From contig NC_043018.1 in NCBI RefSeq assembly GCF_006345805.1, positions 20,212,001 through 20,276,000 on the forward strand: 64,000 nt of DNA, given 5' to 3'. The translations under genes and the position numbers were made by a program. This stretch comes from Octopus sinensis (Eukaryota). This document shows positions 39,925 through 53,592 of this stretch, piece by piece. The notes beneath the pieces are model-generated. The model was given only the letters and a program-made list of their open reading frames with translations. It was not told the DNA's origin and made no database searches. Positions within the stretch are counted from its first letter, which is position 1, and the number at the start of each line of letters is the position of its first letter.

Positions 39925-40200
39925 CTATGTGGGAAGATGAATGGAGGCATACCGTCACCATCACTACTTATCACTTAAAATACCATGATGTTGGCTGGAT
40001 GCTTGATTTTTATTATTCCTGTACATGTCCTCAGATTGACACCCAAACTCTCTGAAATTTTCATATTGGAGCTTCTAGCGAAAATGCCAACCAGTACATG
40101 TTGTTTCCAAATTTCTGGCAAAGTGAAATGTGTCATGATGCTGTTTTTCTCACAGGTGGTGCCCAATTGATCCTACCAAACTGTGTAGTTGACAAAATCA
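39925..40200 (-). pseudogene. Internally deleted Tc1/mariner-superfamily transposase remnant
   Basis: ATG at 40136: MTHFTLPEIWKQHVLVGIFARSSNMKISESLGVNLRT (HTH-like) jumps to IKIKHPANIMVF*VISSDGDGMPPFIFPH, the segment between the first two catalytic Asp in Tc1/DD37D-type enzymes. Confidence 0.7.
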
Positions 40201-40370
40201 AAAGCAATGAATGTACATGCATGACATAAAAAATATAAAATGGCTACAATTTACCTATCGCACGCTGTACATATATAATAATAATAATAATAAAAGGGAA
40301 TATAATTCCAAAACTTATAGGGAAAAATTCAATTTAACAATTTTAAATCAATTTTCACAATATATAATGT

Positions 40371-40818
40371 ATGTATATAATTTAGAGAAAAACCTGTATT
40401 AAACCATTCAGTGAAGAAAGATGTTATTCACACAATATAGAAAACATATACTATAAAAAAAAAACTTATTTTAAAAATTAATAAAGTACAATAAGAAGTA
40501 AATAGTAGTAAAAAGACTACACACGTTTCATGGCTATATTTTCAAATAGATAATAATAATAAAATCAATTCAGTTCAAAATTAAATAGAACTAGAATTAA
40601 TTCGATTTAATTTTGAATTGAATTGATTTTATTGTTATTATCTATTTGAAAATATAGCCACGAAACGTGTGTAGTCTTTTTACTACTATTTACTATTTAT
40701 TGTACTGTATTGATTTTTAGAATGAGGTTTTTTTTTAGGGTTTGGTTTATGTTTTCTATATGGTGTGAATAACATCTTCATTGAATTGTTTAATAGAGGT
40801 TTTCTCTAAATTTTATAC
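40371..40818. repeat. Long AT-rich palindrome (~220-bp arms, 10-nt loop at 40591-40600)
   Basis: aaaaagactacacacgtttc(a/g)tggctatattttcaaatagataa is mirrored across the centre; inner arms are nearly identical. Confidence 0.92.
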
Positions 40819-40819
40819 A

Positions 40820-40837
40820 CACACCACACACACACAC

Positions 40838-40879
<42 letters not shown>

Positions 40880-40896
40880 ACACTATATATATATAT

Positions 40897-40936
<40 letters not shown>

Positions 40937-40950
40937 CACACATATATATA

Positions 40951-40993
<43 letters not shown>

Positions 40994-41029
40994 TATATAT
41001 ATATATATATAGATATATATAACACACAC

Positions 41030-41060
<31 letters not shown>

Positions 41061-41068
41061 ATATACAC

Positions 41069-41105
<37 letters not shown>

Positions 41106-41115
41106 ATACACACAC

Positions 41116-41146
<31 letters not shown>

Positions 41147-41290
41147 ACACACACACATACATATATAATACATATACATATGTGTGCAAACATACATACA
41201 TACATATATCATTGTCATGCTGGCATGTGTTAGATGGTTTTGTTAGAGCAGGCAGACTATATATATATATATATATATATTCATATATAA
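40820..41290. repeat. (CA)n followed by (TA)n compound microsatellite
   Basis: Direct inspection. Confidence 0.95.
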
Positions 41291-41596
41291 TATATGTAGT
41301 CTGTTGACTAATTTTTCTATACACTCGGCCACTGGTAGTAGAAATTTCTAAAATTTTTATTACCCTGATATTATTAATTTTATATATATATATGTGCACA
41401 TGCACACACACACAAATATATATATATATATGTATATGTATATGTAAAAAAATACAAACTGGGACAAGAACGCAAAACATTTAGAAGACGATACAAAAAA
41501 CACGTACGGGACATTCGAAGCCTTCAATCTTCAGTCAAGAACTGGTTCATCCTCGCAATTTCGGCTGATTACAGACATGCACCACCTATATTATAT

Positions 41597-41634
<38 letters not shown>

Positions 41635-42124
41635 GGTGGTGCATGTCTGTGTGTTTGTTACATTTACACTTTTGAAAACCAGTGAGTTACGAAGCAGTGA
41701 CATGTTGTCATTCCCCTTATCAACAAGTCATCCACATGCATTGCACATTCAAAGGCATCTGAAGCAAGAGATCCCCTTACTTGAAAAACAAGAAAGGGTT
41801 AGCAACAGGAAGAGCATCCAATTGTAAAACAAGACCCTGTTTATATACTCACCTAACCCATACCAGCATAGAAAAAGCAGAAGAGACATAAAACATCCAG
41901 AAACCTATGATGTGCAGGTGGTTAGGCTTAGAGCATACATCATCGTTTACAAATTTATTTCTTCATTTTTCATTACAAAACACTCCCCCTTGTGGTTTCC
42001 AGTTTTAAACAAAATTCTTGAGTTGTTGTATGCTTGTTTCGTTATTTTTTGTATACACCTGTATTTAGTGGTATATAACACCAAACATTAATCGTATACA
42101 CACGCACACACATCAAACTTATTT

Positions 42125-42386
42125 GTGTGTGTATATGTATAGATATGTTATGACTGTCACATATTAAATGTGTTTTGCTTATGCACTTCAAAATTTATTT
42201 GTACGTGTGTGTGTGTGTGTATGCGCACATGTATGTATATCAATGTATGTATATGTATATATGTATATATATATGTTTGTATGTATATGTGTGTGTATGT
42301 ATATATGTTTGTATATATATATATGTGTGTATGTATATATATGTTTGCATATGTGTGTGTGTGTGTATGTATATATGCATGTGGTG

Positions 42387-42422
<36 letters not shown>

Positions 42423-42589
42423 CGTTTGTATGTGTATATCTGTGTGTGTATGCACATATGTATGTATATTAATATATGTATATATGTTTGTATGTTTATG
42501 TGTGTATATGTATATGTTTGTATGTATATATATGTGCATCTATGTATGTGTGTGTTGTGTGTGTGTATATATATATATATATGCATGTG

Positions 42590-42644
<55 letters not shown>

Positions 42645-42650
42645 AATAAT
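42125..42650. repeat. (TG)/(TA) compound microsatellite
   Basis: Direct inspection; explains ORFs 42168-42788. Confidence 0.92.
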
Positions 42651-43349
42651 ATACATTTCATATGTCTCAGGTGGTTGACTGTTGTATCCCCCACACCTGT
42701 TGGCATTGTTGCTTGGTTCTTTTTTTCTTTTTCTTTTTCTCTCTTGCATAATACTTACCACAACTAACCCAATGCTTTTATATAACATGTTTTGTATGTG
42801 TGCGTGTGTGTGTCTATATATATAACGTGGTGTATATATGTGTGCATTTATATGTATATGTATTTACATGTATCAATGAATATATGCCTGTGTTCACACA
42901 CATAGACACTCTTTCAATAATGTCTACAGCTGCAGCACCTTTGTGACATAACGATTCTCACACAGGTATTGCATTAAGATTTTTGCTCAAAATATTTTCC
43001 TTTTTTTTTTTCGTTTTTTTTTTCTTTCACTTTTACTTTTGTGGTTTTTTTTTTTACATTCGCCATTTATCATAGGTGAATAAATACTTGGGTGTTGCGA
43101 AAGTATTTAGATAGGCCAGGCCCAGGCCACGCGAGGGTTTTCAGCAGAGTCATTCCACTTGCACAAACACTAAGAAGCAAAAGTAAATGAACACACCTCG
43201 TACAACAATGTACGCAATACAGTCTCCACCCACTCAGTAAATAACACACACTCACACACACACACACACTCACACACACACACTTTGAGCTTAGCAACAA
43301 ATGATATAAACCAATACAGAAGACATTATTGTTACTGTTCAGTTAGATA

Positions 43350-44010
43350 ATACGACACAACATAGATTTTGTGATTGATGTTGTATAAAGATATTGTGAG
43401 CGATGTATAATGGTGAGTGATGGCATATAAAGATTTGAGTGATATAGTGTAAAGGTATTGTGAGTGATGACATATGAAGATGTGAGTGATAGTACAAAGA
43501 TTTTGTGAGTGATGTATAATGATGGTGAGTGATGGCGTATAAAAATTTGAGTGATGTATAATGATGGCGAGAAATGGCGTATAAAGATTTGGGTGATAGT
43601 GTAAAGATATTGTGAGTGATGTATAATGTATAATGATGGTGAGTGATGGCGTATAAAGATTTGAGTGATAGAGTATAAAGATATTGTGAGCAATGTATAA
43701 TGATGGTGAGTGATGGCGTATAAAGATTTGAGTGATGTATTATGATGGTGAGTGATAAAGTATAAAGATATTGTGAGTGATGGAGTAGAAAGTTGGTGCA
43801 TGATGGTGCATAGAAACATTGTGAGTGATGGAGTATAAAGATGTGAGTGATGGTATATAAAGGTACTGTAAGTAATGGAGTATAATGATATTGTGAGTGG
43901 TGGAGTATAAAGACATTGTGACATATAAAGATTTGAGTGATTGAGTATAAAGATATGATTGATGTAGTATAATGATATCGTGAATGATGAAGTATAAAAA
44001 TATTGGAAGT
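43350..44010. repeat. Degenerate minisatellite built from GTGAGTGAT / GTATAAAGAT modules
   Basis: gatggtgagtgatggcgtataaagatttgagtgat repeated with variation. Confidence 0.85.
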
Positions 44011-45118
44011 GAGATGTCAAATTTGTCAACAAATTCAAACTTTTTTTTTTTCAATATAATTGAATTCCAATGAAAACTATTTAAGACATCAGTCGATTTA
44101 ATTTTAATTTAAGACTTCAATCAGTCCAACGGCTTCCATTGTTTTATTTTGTACATCAGTTAATCAGCAAACATTTATTGTCTGCTGGTGACTAACTGTG
44201 AACTAACCGTAGCTGAGACTAGCATGGCATCACTGTTACTATTAGGTCAATGCTGACACCGAAGATTCTTGCCGATGAAGCAATGGTTTGGAGGTTTTCA
44301 AAGACAGACAATTGTGGGTACCCATTGATGTAGTTCAGCCAATCTCAGTTTCTTAATCTCTTGATCAGACATTGGTCAATTCTCTTTACTCACAGCAGTG
44401 CAAGGATTACATTATGATCTTTGTCATTCTGGGATCATGAGGTAAACCTTTTTCATGCCTTGATGATTTTGCACCCAAGGTATTTTTAAATGCAAGATTA
44501 TATATTTACATAGGTTTTGTAGTTTAAATTGGATGCAAAATGAAACAATTGTAAGTGAAGATGATAATTAATTAATAGATTTATTTGTATCCATTGGATC
44601 TCTCCATTTCCAAACTTAATAATAATATTTGATATTTTATATAATATATTCATTGAAGAAATATCTCTTCAAAATACAATATATCAAACCAGGATATCTT
44701 GGATAAAAATATCTATATAATAGGTCTAAATATCCTCATAGTAACATACACACACACACACACAATGGGCTTCTTTCAGTTTCCATCTGCCGGATCCACT
44801 TAAGGCTTTGGTCAGCCTAAGGAGGCTGTAATCGAAGACATTTGCCCAAGGGGACAGAATGACAAAAAGATTCAGGTGAATAACAATAATACACCTATCT
44901 TTCAACTACCCTATGTGCTAGGCAAACTAAGAGACAGAATCACAAAAAAATTCAGGAGAATAATAATAATAATAATAATAATAATAGGCCAAATTTTCAG
45001 TTCCCATATTTGTTCACCCAAATTGCTACTTTCCTCATCACTTTCACCAGCTGGGTTTTTTGCATCATTCTCATCGTGTCTGCATAAGGGTAAACTCTTC
45101 GTCCAAAGAATAAATATC

Positions 45119-45473
45119 TATTTCTTTACTACCCACAAGGGGCTAAACACAGAGGGGACAAACGGATTAAGTCAATTATATTGACCCCCATCCTTTCAAG
45201 GTCGATAAATTAAGTACCAGTTACGCACTGGAGTTGATATAATCGACATAATCCGTTTGTCTGTCCTTGTTTGTCCCCTCTGTGTTTAGCCCCTTGTGGG
45301 TAGTAACGAAATATATATTGACCCCCAGTACGTAACTGGTACTTATTTAATCGACCCCGAAAGGATGAAAGGCAAAGTCGACCTCGGCGGAATTTGAACT
45401 CAGAACGCAACCGCAAGCGAAATACTGCTAAGCATTTCGCCCGGCGTGCTAACGATTCTGCCAGCTCGCCGCC
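45119..45473 (-). mobile_element. SINE family B containing a nested antisense copy of the same family (~45191-45313)
   Basis: Outer 16-bp TSD CCAAAGAATAAATATC (45103-45118, 45474-45489); inner 14-bp TSD TATATTGACCCCCA (45177-45190, 45314-45327). Confidence 0.9.
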
Positions 45474-45790
45474 CCAAAGAATAAATATCATCAATAATTT
45501 CCTCAGCTGTAAAGAGTCTCGGCCTTGCTCACTTACCAGTTGAAGTGCTGGGTTTGTTACAAGCTTGTTTCATTGTGAAAAAAAAAAAAAAAATCTATTT
45601 TTATTTTTTGATTAAAAGCAAAAATACACAACAGCTGTGTGTGGGGGACACTATTATGAATGAGTCATCAACTCACCTGACTACAAAGTCACAACGTTAT
45701 CAGTTGTCTACTTTTAATATTGCGTCCCCTCTTTCCACACGTGTTGTTTGTTACTGTTTGAACAGGAATCCAGCAGAGAGTAAATTTAAG

Positions 45791-46014
45791 CTTTTACTTG
45801 TTTCAGTCATTTGACTGCGGCCATGCTGGAGCACTGCCTTTAGTCGAGCAAATCGACCCCAGTCTAGTACTTATTCTATCAGTCTCTTTTGCCAAACCGC
45901 TAAGTTACGGGGATGTAAACACACCACCATCAGTTGTCAAGCAATGTTGTGGGGACAAACACAGACACACAAACATATATGCACGCATACACATAAACTG
46001 AAAGAAGCCCGTCG

Positions 46015-46047
<33 letters not shown>

Positions 46048-46390
46048 TTGTGTGTCTGTGTTTGTCCCCCCAACATCGCTTGACAACCAATGTTGGTGTG
46101 TTTACATCCCTGTAACTTAGCGGTTCAGCAAAAGAGACCGATAGAATAAGTACTAGGCTTACAAAGAATAAGTCCCGGGGTCGATTTGCTCGACTAAAGG
46201 CGGTGCTCCAGCATGGCCGCAGTCAAATGACTGAAACAAGTAAAAGAGTAAAGAGTATATATATCTATACATATATACGACGGGCTTCTTTCAGTTTCCG
46301 TCTACCAAATCCACTCACAAGGCTTTGGTCGGCCTGTGGCTATAGCAGAAGACACTTGCCTAAGGTGCCAAGCAGTGGGAATGAACCTGA
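45791..46390 (-). mobile_element. SINE family A host with a nested plus-strand family A copy (45995-46256) in its microsatellite
   Basis: Order is minus tail, plus core+tail, then minus core+head. Confidence 0.88.
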
Positions 46391-46488
46391 ATTAATTAGG
46401 CAGTTTTTAGGTTTTCAAATAACTAAAATTGGCTCTTCTATAATATAATTGTCAGTTTCGTTAGAGTTTAATTTGAAAAATAACCAGT

Positions 46489-46878
46489 TACTCTTTTACT
46501 TGTTTCAGTCATTTGACTGTGGCCATGCTGGAGCACCGCCTTTAGTCGAGCAAATCGACCCCGGGACTTATTCTTTGTAAGCCCAGTACTTATTCTATCT
46601 GTCTCTTTTGCCGAACCGCTAAGTAACAGGGACATAAACACACCAGCATCGGTTGTCAAGCAATGCTAGGGGGACAAACACAGACACATACACACATATA
46701 TATATATACATACGACAGGCTTCTTTCAGTTTCCGTCTACCAAATCCACTCACAACAAGGCATTGGTCAGCCTGAAGCTATAGCAGAAGACACTTGCCCA
46801 AGATGCCACGCATTGGGATTGAACCCAGAACCATGTGGTTGGCTAGCAAGCTACTTACCACACAGCTACTGCTGCGCC
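46489..46878 (-). mobile_element. SINE family A
   Basis: Full-length reverse complement. Confidence 0.92.
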
Positions 46879-47182
46879 TGGAAATGAATTTAAGTTAATT
46901 TCCTTAAATAAAAATGATATCTGGTTGCTGTACATATCAAATGACTTTACGTTTGTTCAGAGAGATAAAGAAAATTTCTGAGAAATATATTTAATAACGA
47001 AGAAACGTTGCTACAAAGCCAGATTGAAAGTTAAGCCATGCTCTTTTGATACCAACCTGCCTTTGACCATTCCTCGATTTGTGATACAAACCTCCAGTTT
47101 TAATGTAATCTCAGTTGAAAATATCCATTAAAACTTCATGTTCATTGAAGTTTTAAATACCATTTTAATAATGGCAAAATTA

Positions 47183-47590
47183 TTTTACTCTTTACTTGTT
47201 TCAGTCATTTGACTGCGGCCATGCTGGAGCACCGCCTTTAATCAAGCAAATCGATCCCGGGACCTATTCTTTTGTAAGCCCAGTACTTATTCTATCGGTC
47301 TCTTTTGCCGAACCGCTAAGTGACCGGGACATAAATACACCAGCATCGGTTGTCAAGCAATGCTAGGTGGACAAACACAGACACACAAATATACACGCAC
47401 ACACACATATATATATATACATATACACGACAGGCGTCTTTCAGTTTCCGTCTACCAAATCCACTCAGAAGGCTTTGGTCGGCCCGAGGCTACAGTAGAA
47501 GACACTTGCCCAAGGTGCCACGCAGTGGGACTGAACCCGGAACCATGTGGTTGGTAAACAAGCTACTTACCACACAGCCACTCCTGCGCC
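47183..47590 (-). mobile_element. SINE family A
   Basis: Full-length reverse complement. Confidence 0.93.
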
Positions 47591-47988
47591 ATTTATTATT
47601 TTATTAAACTTTTCGTTATTTTCAAAACTAATTGAAACAACTGCAGTCAGTTCCAACAGAAAAATGGTAACAAAAAGGTTAAATTCACTTGTCTTTAAGT
47701 AGCACCAGTTTAAATGATTCTTTAAATCTTTCGCTGTTTTCAGTCATTGGACCGTGGCCATTCTGGAGCACTGCTTTCAGTCATTTTAAGTTGATCATAT
47801 TGACTTATTTTAATCTCGTATTTCTTTTGTCAATCTCTTTTTATTGAATTCCGAGATTAGAAGACTTAAAACTAACCAACACCTGTTTTGAGACCACAAG
47901 CATCACCACCATACACACCAATACAAACACACACACACATATACATGCATATGTGTGTGTGCATGTATGCCTGTATATACATATATGT

Positions 47989-48023
<35 letters not shown>

Positions 48024-50158
48024 CTCAAGTCTTTATGTCTTGTTTCAATCATTCGGTTACGGCCATGCTGGTGCACCACCTTGGCAGAGAAGAAGAAGAA
48101 TGCGGGGGTGCCATGATAGTAGTATGTTAAATGGTCAAGTGCCCTGAGAGTGACCCATTGTGGATGATAGTAGTGATTGAATTCTTGAGACATCTCTTTT
48201 GAATGTTTTTTTTATAAAATTTGCGTCAGTGTTATTCTAAACGGCACTATATTAAAAGGCTTCTGTACAATTTCCATCTAAGTATCAGTTAAACTTTCCC
48301 AGCATGTTGTGCAGAGGAATTGAACCCAGGATTATGTGGAGGCAAGGCAAACTTCTTAAACCTCACTGCCATGCCTTCACCCCTATAAAAATTTCAGTTT
48401 ACCAGTTCTCATAACAACAGAGTAATATCTGGAATCAACCACAAGAGGAAACGGTAAAAACAAATAAAGATGAATCTCATAACACGCAGCGAACACTTAA
48501 AAGGAAATGTATTCCTTTTGGCAATTGCTGGATATTATTGGAGAACTAAAACATTTACTGAAGGATTCTTTATTGTTTTTCCTATACGGATTTTCTTATA
48601 TTTCAAATCCAATGTCAATAACGGTCCTAAAATATATATGATGAAATCCAGAACTGTAATTCTTCACTGTAAAATTATGATGCAGAATTTGTCAAACTCT
48701 GGTTAGATTTCGCTGCTAAAACTCAATCTGTGTTTGGTGATATATACCAGCTAAATGCCAAAAGTCTGTAACATTCTCCTATGTGTAGAAATATTAAACT
48801 GTTGACCCATTGAAGGAGCTTGTACATGTTCTCTTGACCTGGTGAAAATAGCAGCTAAATCTCCCTCAAATCATACCTTTCTGTAGTTGGGTTTTTCTTT
48901 TTTGATTCTCTTTTTTTTTAACCAATTAGTACAGGAGGGAAGGTCAGCTTTTGGAATTCTTTATATTCTTAGGGACTCTGAGACTGATGCAAGGATTAGA
49001 TGAAGGTATCCTCAGAAACTTGAGGCCTGACCCAAAGTTTTTCCACTGAAAAAATTCTTCAAAAAGCACTCAAGGGCTGGGAGGGAGGTAATGTTGCATG
49101 GGGCAACAGATTAAGTTTGCAGCTCCAAGAACTCAGATGGCAAGGGGCCTTCATTTAAAAAAAACACAGATTAGATGATGTAGACATAGATACACAATCC
49201 CTTTAAAAAGAAAATGGTGATGGTCACATGTGGGATGGCAAAATATCAATGACAACAATATTAGAATGTTAATTTTTTATCTTTTACTTGTTTCAGTCAG
49301 TGAACTATGTCCATACTGGAGCTTCACCCTGAAGGGTTTTTTTTCTTTTATAGTCAGACAAATCAACCCTAGCATCTATGGTACCTGTTCTATCGACCTC
49401 CACTAAATTAAGGGGACATAAACAATCAACACTGGTTGTCAGGCATTGGTAGGCAGGACACACACACACATATATACATGTGTGTGTGTCAGATGTTTTT
49501 AACCTTCCATGAAATATTCTGAAGTGTAGTCTGTTCATTATGTTACAGCACAATTGTATTTATGAGTGTGTATATATACTTATACGTATATTCATTTACA
49601 GATGTGTGACAAATGATGTTGAACTTTTGTAACTAAGACAGATAACGAAATGGCTTCAAGCTAATGGAATAAACATCTATTCTCTCACTTCACTTCTCTT
49701 TCAATTTATGTATGAGCTTCCACACAACTTGCATCTCCCAAAATCGCTCACAAGGCACTGGTTGGCCCAGGGCTTTGTTAGAGGATACTTCCCCAAGGTG
49801 TCACACAATGGGACTGAACCCACAACCATGTGGCTGCTAATGCTGAACTGTTATAGACACAGGAAAACCAATTTCTCAAACAGTCAGTATCACCATCATC
49901 ATCATTTTACATCTGGCATAGGTTGGAGGAATCATGCCAAACATGTGTTTTGTGGAGATTTCTATGGCTCGGTGCCTTTCCTAACACCAACCACTTTACA
50001 GAATGTATCAAAAGCATTTATTTATCTCTTGGTTTTTTGAGGGGTTTTCTTTTTTATGCCACCCGCCCAACAGAGTTTGCCAAGGCACTCAGCAAGAGTA
50101 AATAGCCCCCTCAGCTTATTCACCAACCAGCTTATAGAACTTTGGTTGCTTCTAAACC

Positions 50159-50391
50159 TATTTCTTTACTACCCACAAGGGGCTAAACACAGAGGGGACA
50201 AACAAGGCAAGACATAGGTATTAAGTCGATTACATCGACCCCAGTGCGTAACTGGTACTTAATTTATCGACCCCGAAAGGATGAAAGGCAAAGTCGACCT
50301 CGGCGGAATTTGAACTCACAACGTAACGGCAGACGAAATACTGCTAAGCTTTTCGCCCGGTGCGCTAACGCTTCTGCCAGCTCGCCGCCTT
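50159..50391 (-). mobile_element. SINE family B, full length, young
   Basis: 13-bp TSD TTGCTTCTAAACC at 50146-50158 and 50392-50404. Confidence 0.93.
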
Positions 50392-50894
50392 TTGCTTCTA
50401 AACCGCTGCCCCTCCACCCTTGCGGCACCAACCAGCACCAGTGAATTAGCTTACCATGTCACACACAAAAGACTAAACAGCCTTGATGACTGAAAGACTG
50501 ACCAGGAGAGACAGAGACACACAAATAGACAGAGAGAGAGACAGGAGAGGAGAAGAGGAAGATGACAAGTGAGTTAAAGTATGTGGGGGTGGAACAGGTT
50601 AATTGTTGTGAGAGGAGAGAGAGAGAGAGATAGGGGTCAGTGTTAGGTGAGGAGTGTAATTAACCCTTTAGCATTCAGATTAAGTCAGCTTTAATCTAAT
50701 TAAGTCAAATCCCGTGCAGTAAAATCTAATGCTTAATTCGAATAGTTTAGAATTAATCATGCATTACCTCATAGCTTTGAGATTTTGATGTGGTTGTTTA
50801 TTTTTAGAATGATATTGTGGGGTGGTGCTCCAGCATAGCCACAATTAAATGACTGAAACAAGTAGAAGAATATATATATATATATATATATATA

Positions 50895-51304
50895 GGTGCA
50901 GGAGTGGCTGTGTGGTAAGTAGCTTGTTTACCAACCACATGGTTCCGGGTTCAGTCCCACTGCGTGGCACCTTGGGCAAGTGTCTTCTGCTATAGCCTCG
51001 GGCCGACCAATGCCTTGTGAGTGGATTTGGTAGACAGAAACTGAAAGAAGCCTGTCGTATATATGTATATATATATATATATGCGTGTGTGTGTTTTTGT
51101 GTCTGTGTTTGTCCCCCTAGCATTGCTTGACAACCGATGCTGGTGTGTTTATGTCCCCGTCACTTAATGGTTCGGCAAAAGAGACCGATAGAATAAGTAC
51201 TGGGCTTACAAAGAATAAGTCCCGGGGTCGAGTTGCTCGACTAAAGGCGGTGCTCCAGCATGGCCGCAGTCAAAATGACTGAAACAAGTAAAAGAGTAAA
51301 GAGT
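50895..51304 (+). mobile_element. SINE family A flanked by (TA)n on both sides
   Basis: Full length. Confidence 0.95.
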
Positions 51305-51550
51305 AAATATATATATATATATATATATATCAGAGAGAGAGAGAGAGAGAGCACTGAAATCTACAAGATTTTTTCATTTTCTCTCTGTTTATTTTCTCTT
51401 ATTCCTCTCTGTAGAAGAGCTTAGACTCGAAACATAAAAGACTTTTTCATTTTTCCTGAGCATCAAACTAATACACTTGCTTGTTGTTCATACACCTGTC
51501 TTCATCTTTTGTTTCTCTATAAATTTCAATTATATATATACATATATACT

Positions 51551-51614
<64 letters not shown>

Positions 51615-51637
51615 CCCGGAAACAGCTGTAAGACCTT

Positions 51638-52040
51638 CTCTTTACGCTTTTACTCTTTTTTGCATGTTTCAGTCATTTGACTGTGGCCATGCTGGAGCAC
51701 CGCCTAAAGTCGAGCAAATCGACCCCGGGACTTATTCTTTGTAAGCCCAGTACTTATTCTATCGGTCTCTGTTGCCGAACCGCTAAGTGACGGCGACGTA
51801 AACACACCAGCATCGGTTGTCAAGCAATGCTAGGGGGTCAAACACAGACACACAAACACATACATACATATATATATATATACGACAGGCTTCTTTCAGT
51901 TTCCGTCTACCAAATCCACTCACAAGGCATTGGTCAGACCGGGGCTATAGCAGAAGACACCTGCCCAAGATGCCACGTAGTGGGACTGAACCCGGAACCA
52001 TGTGGTTGGTTAGCAAGCTACTTACCACACAGCCACTCCT
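51638..52040 (-). mobile_element. SINE family A
   Basis: Full length; inverted partner of 50895-51304. Confidence 0.93.
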
Positions 52041-52264
52041 CTTTATAAATGTTCTGAAAACTATTGACAGCCTTGAATTTTTTAATCTCATTCTGTTGAT
52101 TATTATATATATCTATGCATGCTAATACACGCCCCACATTGGACTCCTCATTTGTATCATTATCAAACCTGGTCTATCCATAGCACTTACTCAGTGTTAT
52201 CTGACTTTTTGGTTCTTCTTGACACAAATACCTCTCATACCCTTGATATATACATATATACATG

Positions 52265-52297
<33 letters not shown>

Positions 52298-52330
52298 CAT
52301 ATATATATACATACATACGTTCACATATAT

Positions 52331-52363
<33 letters not shown>

Positions 52364-52560
52364 GAGTAGTTGAATGAATTATCTTATTAAGGATAATTCG
52401 AAAGATAACCGATACCTGGGTAGCAAATTCACATCAGAAAGAACATGGTTGAAGCTACGTCCCTAGGGCATAGACTACGTGTCTTCGTGCGGAAATTTGT
52501 ATGTTTATTTTTAAATTATAAGTAAATGAAGAATGGAGTTGAACGACTAGTTAACAAATA

Positions 52561-52657
52561 TCCTTTATTCTTGACATATGTTTCGAAGGCTGCATATTCC
52601 TAATTCCGAAGGAATAAGGAGTACATTATGCACATCTCTCATCAGGAAAATCAAGGA
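52561..52657 (-). ncRNA. Type I hammerhead ribozyme motif (left copy)
   Basis: tccttgattttc-CTGATGA(52645-52639)-g..stem II..c-GAAA-catat-GTC|aagaataaagga. Stem I pairs at 10/12 positions; palindromic CATATG loop 3; first stem I pair is C.A. Confidence 0.72.
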
Positions 52658-53455
52658 ACTTATGTCGACATCAAAATGCACAAAAAACTTTTAGCTGACC
52701 GCTCTCAAGGAGCCCATGGCGATAATGAGTGTCTCTTTATAAGGAGTGACGTCAGAGTGGCTGAATGTAGAAGAATCTAGAGGGTTCTAATTCTGAACTT
52801 TTTCATATTTTGTTCGCCAAAGTCCCTTTAATAAATACAATCGTCGAAAGATCCTACAGGTGTTTACACTGGAAAAGACACACCTTTCACTCATATAAAT
52901 AGTGACTAATATAGATAACCCCTCGATTTCCAAAAAAATTTTTTTTATATTTCACCCCAATAGTCAAAAAGATTTTCTTATATTCCCAATTACTACTATC
53001 CATTCTTGCGTTGCCTCTCACCTCGCCCGATTCTTTCTCCCTTTCGCTATCTACTTTCCTTTCTCTACAGTAAACATAATCGAACACACAGACACAGACC
53101 TCTCACCTCACAGCTGTCAGTTTTCTGACATCTACCCATCCACAAACACAATCACGCATTCAGACACACACATACACACATTAAGACAGTTATATACAGT
53201 CACACACACAGGCACTCATTCATAAAAGAAATCATTTAAACCCACCATTCTTTTGACCTGCACTCTCTCACCTTACTATTCTTATGCCTCCCTCCTCCTA
53301 CTTCGTTTGAACCCTTGAACCTTTAGAACCTTCTAGATTCTTCTACATTCAGCCACTCTGATGTCACTCCTTATAAAGAGACACTCATTATAGCTATGGG
53401 CTCCTTGAGAGCGGTCAGCTAAAAGTTTTTTGTGCATTTTGATGTCGACATAAGT

Positions 53456-53552
53456 TCCTTGATTTTCCTGATGAGAAATCTGCATAATGTATTCCTTATT
53501 CCTTCGGAATTAGGAACATGCAGCTTTCGAAACATATGTTGAGAATAAAGGA
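53456..53552 (+). ncRNA. Type I hammerhead ribozyme motif (right copy)
   Basis: tccttgattttc-CTGATGA(53468-74)-gaaatctgcat..atgcagctttc-GAAA(53529-32)-catat-GTT|gagaataaagga. Stem I opens with C-G; stem II is 4+6 bp; cleavage triplet GUU. Confidence 0.72.
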
Positions 53553-53592
53553 TATTTGTTAACTAGTCGTTCAACTCCATTCTTCATATACT

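Noticed and set aside
39734-44441. Plus-strand candidate exons 39734-39831 (phase 0-2), 42930-42965 (0-0) and 44396-44441 (1-2)
   Set aside because: Splice signals look plausible but the phases do not chain, the peptides are unrecognised, and the first abuts a transposon remnant. Chance occurrence cannot be excluded without RNA data.
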